Below are positions 61,921 to 64,000 of a DNA stretch of 64,000 bases, in pieces. The notes under the pieces were generated by a model that was not told where the DNA came from, did not search any database, and saw nothing but the letters and a program-made list of their open reading frames with translations. Within the stretch, counting starts at the first letter, position 1. Every line of letters starts with the position of its first letter. The stretch lies in NCBI RefSeq assembly GCF_009914755.1, contig NC_060942.1; one strand, written 5' to 3'. Both the position numbers and the translations under genes were made by a program. The stretch is from the human T2T-CHM13v2.0 reference genome, Homo sapiens.

Positions 61921-63302
61921 ATTGGATTAGTCAAGTTTTTTGCTTCTTGTGTCAGTTACAGTCTTGTAATATTTTCTAGGAAAATTATTAATGATATTGT
62001 ATAATTTAATATTAAATATTATTTTATTCTCATAATTAATTTCCTCAGAATCCAAGTTTGTATGCTTTTTATATGGTAATGTAGATTTGAGTTTTCTTGG
62101 TTTGATTGATGAGACTGGAAAATACTTTCTGCATTTAATGAGATGTTTCAAAGTATTAGCATGGAAACTATATTAATTTTACAGTTTTTCTTTTTTACGC
62201 AATAATTTCTATGAATACTTTTCTGACCTTTTATGGTTAATATATTTTTCTAACTTCTCTAGTTTAATGCTTAGTTTATTTCCATCCCATATTGTTAAAT
62301 ACTAAAACATGTTTAAGGCCATATACTGTGATTTGAATACTGCTTTGAATACTATCAAATGATTATTTCTTAGTTTATTTTCTTTTAGTGAGAATAATTG
62401 CAACTTCATTTAGATTTCATTCTCTTTCAAGTGGTGCACTATGTGCTTTATTTCATTTTATTATCATGTGGCTCTGTAAAAGTATCATTATTCCCATTTT
62501 ATAGAACAGGGAACTTACAGACTTTTGTAGTTTATCCAAATTAGGACAGCTTATTATCTACATTTTTGTCTTCCTTCTTGTGGTCAGGGTCAATTTTACT
62601 TTGAACTAGTTGGGAGATATTATAATGCTCAAATTTGGGATTTTGGAAATGATAAGAATTTATAAAAAATACTCTAAAAGAAGAACATGACATTCTAATA
62701 GTTGCAATAAGTCCAGTGATCCAAAATCCACTTTCTTACCTGGAATGCTACCCCTAATTGTGTAGGAGGAAGTAATCACAAAATGGGGACTTTGTGTCAG
62801 ATACGGTGATGAATGAAGTCATGGAAGGGGTCACTCAGAAGTGATTTGAGTGCCTGGAAGGTTTTCATGCAGTATATCTCTGCCTAAATTGAGGTAGGAT
62901 CTTTTACATCTCTTATGAATTGCTTTCCTGATCATTTGAACTAATCAAACACATTTTTAATCTCTAACATTCATTGCCACCACAAGTTTAAAAATTTCTA
63001 GCATTAACTGAGGCATTTTTCTTGTTCAGAATACACTTCTTAAGAGTAGATGTGTGACCTCCTGTTTTATCTTACTTCCTGCCTTGCAATTTCTGTGCAT
63101 TTTGATCCATGAGTAGATACAGGAATACAGAATGAACTAATAATGTATACAGCATGAAGGAGTTGAAGGTAATAGGATTGGGCAGTAATGGGGCTACTTC
63201 AAAATATATCATCTGTACTATAGCCTGCCAAGTTTCTACGTGGTCTGAATACTGATGGAGGGAAAAGGTTTGGGCGGGAAAATAGTGGAGTAGAGATTCA
63301 GT

Positions 63303-63490
63303 CTTTTTTTTCTTTTTTTTAACTTTTTAAGAGACAGGGGTCTTGCTCTGCATGCAGGTAAGAGTGCAATGATGTGAACAAGCTCACTGCAGCCTTGAAC
63401 TCCTAGGCTCCTGCAATTCTCCTGCCTCAGCCTCCTGAGTAGCTAGGACTACTTGCACGTGCCTCCACACCTAATAAATTCTTTGTTTGT
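63303..63490 (-). mobile_element. AluJ/FRAM right-arm fragment
   Basis: gagacaggggtcttgctctg...agctcactgcagccttgaactcctaggctc. Confidence 0.8.
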
Positions 63491-63654
63491 TTTAATCAGT
63501 GTGTAAGTCTTTTACTTCCCTGGTTAAATTCATTCCAAAGTATATTATTTTTACTTTTTGTAGCTATTATAAATGGGACGATTTTCTTGATTTCTTTTTC
63601 AGATAGTTTGCGATTAGTGTATGGAAATGTTACTAATTTTTGTGCATTGATTAT

Positions 63655-64000
63655 TGTATTAGTCTGTTCTCACATTGCTATAAAGAACTACCTGAGACTG
63701 GGTAATTTATAAAGAAAAGAAGTTTAATTGACTCACGGTTCCACAGGCTGTACAGGAAGCATGACTAGGGAGGCCTCAGGAAACTCACAATTTTGGCAGA
63801 AGGTGAAGGGGAAGCAGGCACATCTTACATGGCCAGAGAAAGAGGAAGAGAGCAAAGGGAGAGGTGGTACATACTTTTAAAAAAGCAGATCTCGTAAGAA
63901 CTCACTCACTATCACAAGAACAGCAAGGAGGAAATCACCTCCCACCAGGCCCCTCCTCCAGTGTTCAGGATTACAATTCGACATGAGATTTGGGTGCGGA
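63655..64000 (-). mobile_element. MSTA MaLR LTR, cut by the window end, next to an old antisense L1 fragment (~63495-63654)
   Basis: tgtattagtctgttctcacattgctataaagaactacctgagactgggtaatttataaagaaaag. Confidence 0.9.

Overview
AT-rich, repeat-dense primate (human-like) genomic DNA, intronic or intergenic. No host protein-coding gene, tRNA/rRNA or CRISPR array is recognisable. The dominant feature is a full-length (~6.05 kb) L1PA2/L1PA3-type LINE-1 on + (7607-13651) with a 9-bp exact TSD core. It has an uninterrupted 1275-aa ORF2 retaining the checked EN/RT/Cys residues, but ORF1 carries a nonsense codon (R49*) and a 1-bp frameshift, and antisense ORF0 is truncated. The rest is fossil transposons: a near-complete Tigger1, AluY/S/J and FLAM, MaLR/ERVL LTRs, MER5A/MER20/MER58A/Tigger3a, L2, MIR, and old L1s, one keeping its 5' end. 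Non-TE points of note are a few candidate non-coding exons, several templated-insertion-like duplications and hairpins, and a strong Z-DNA tract. Repeat subfamily calls come from recalled consensus sequences, not a database search, and boundaries of old elements are approximate. I found no convincing evidence for a new biological system.
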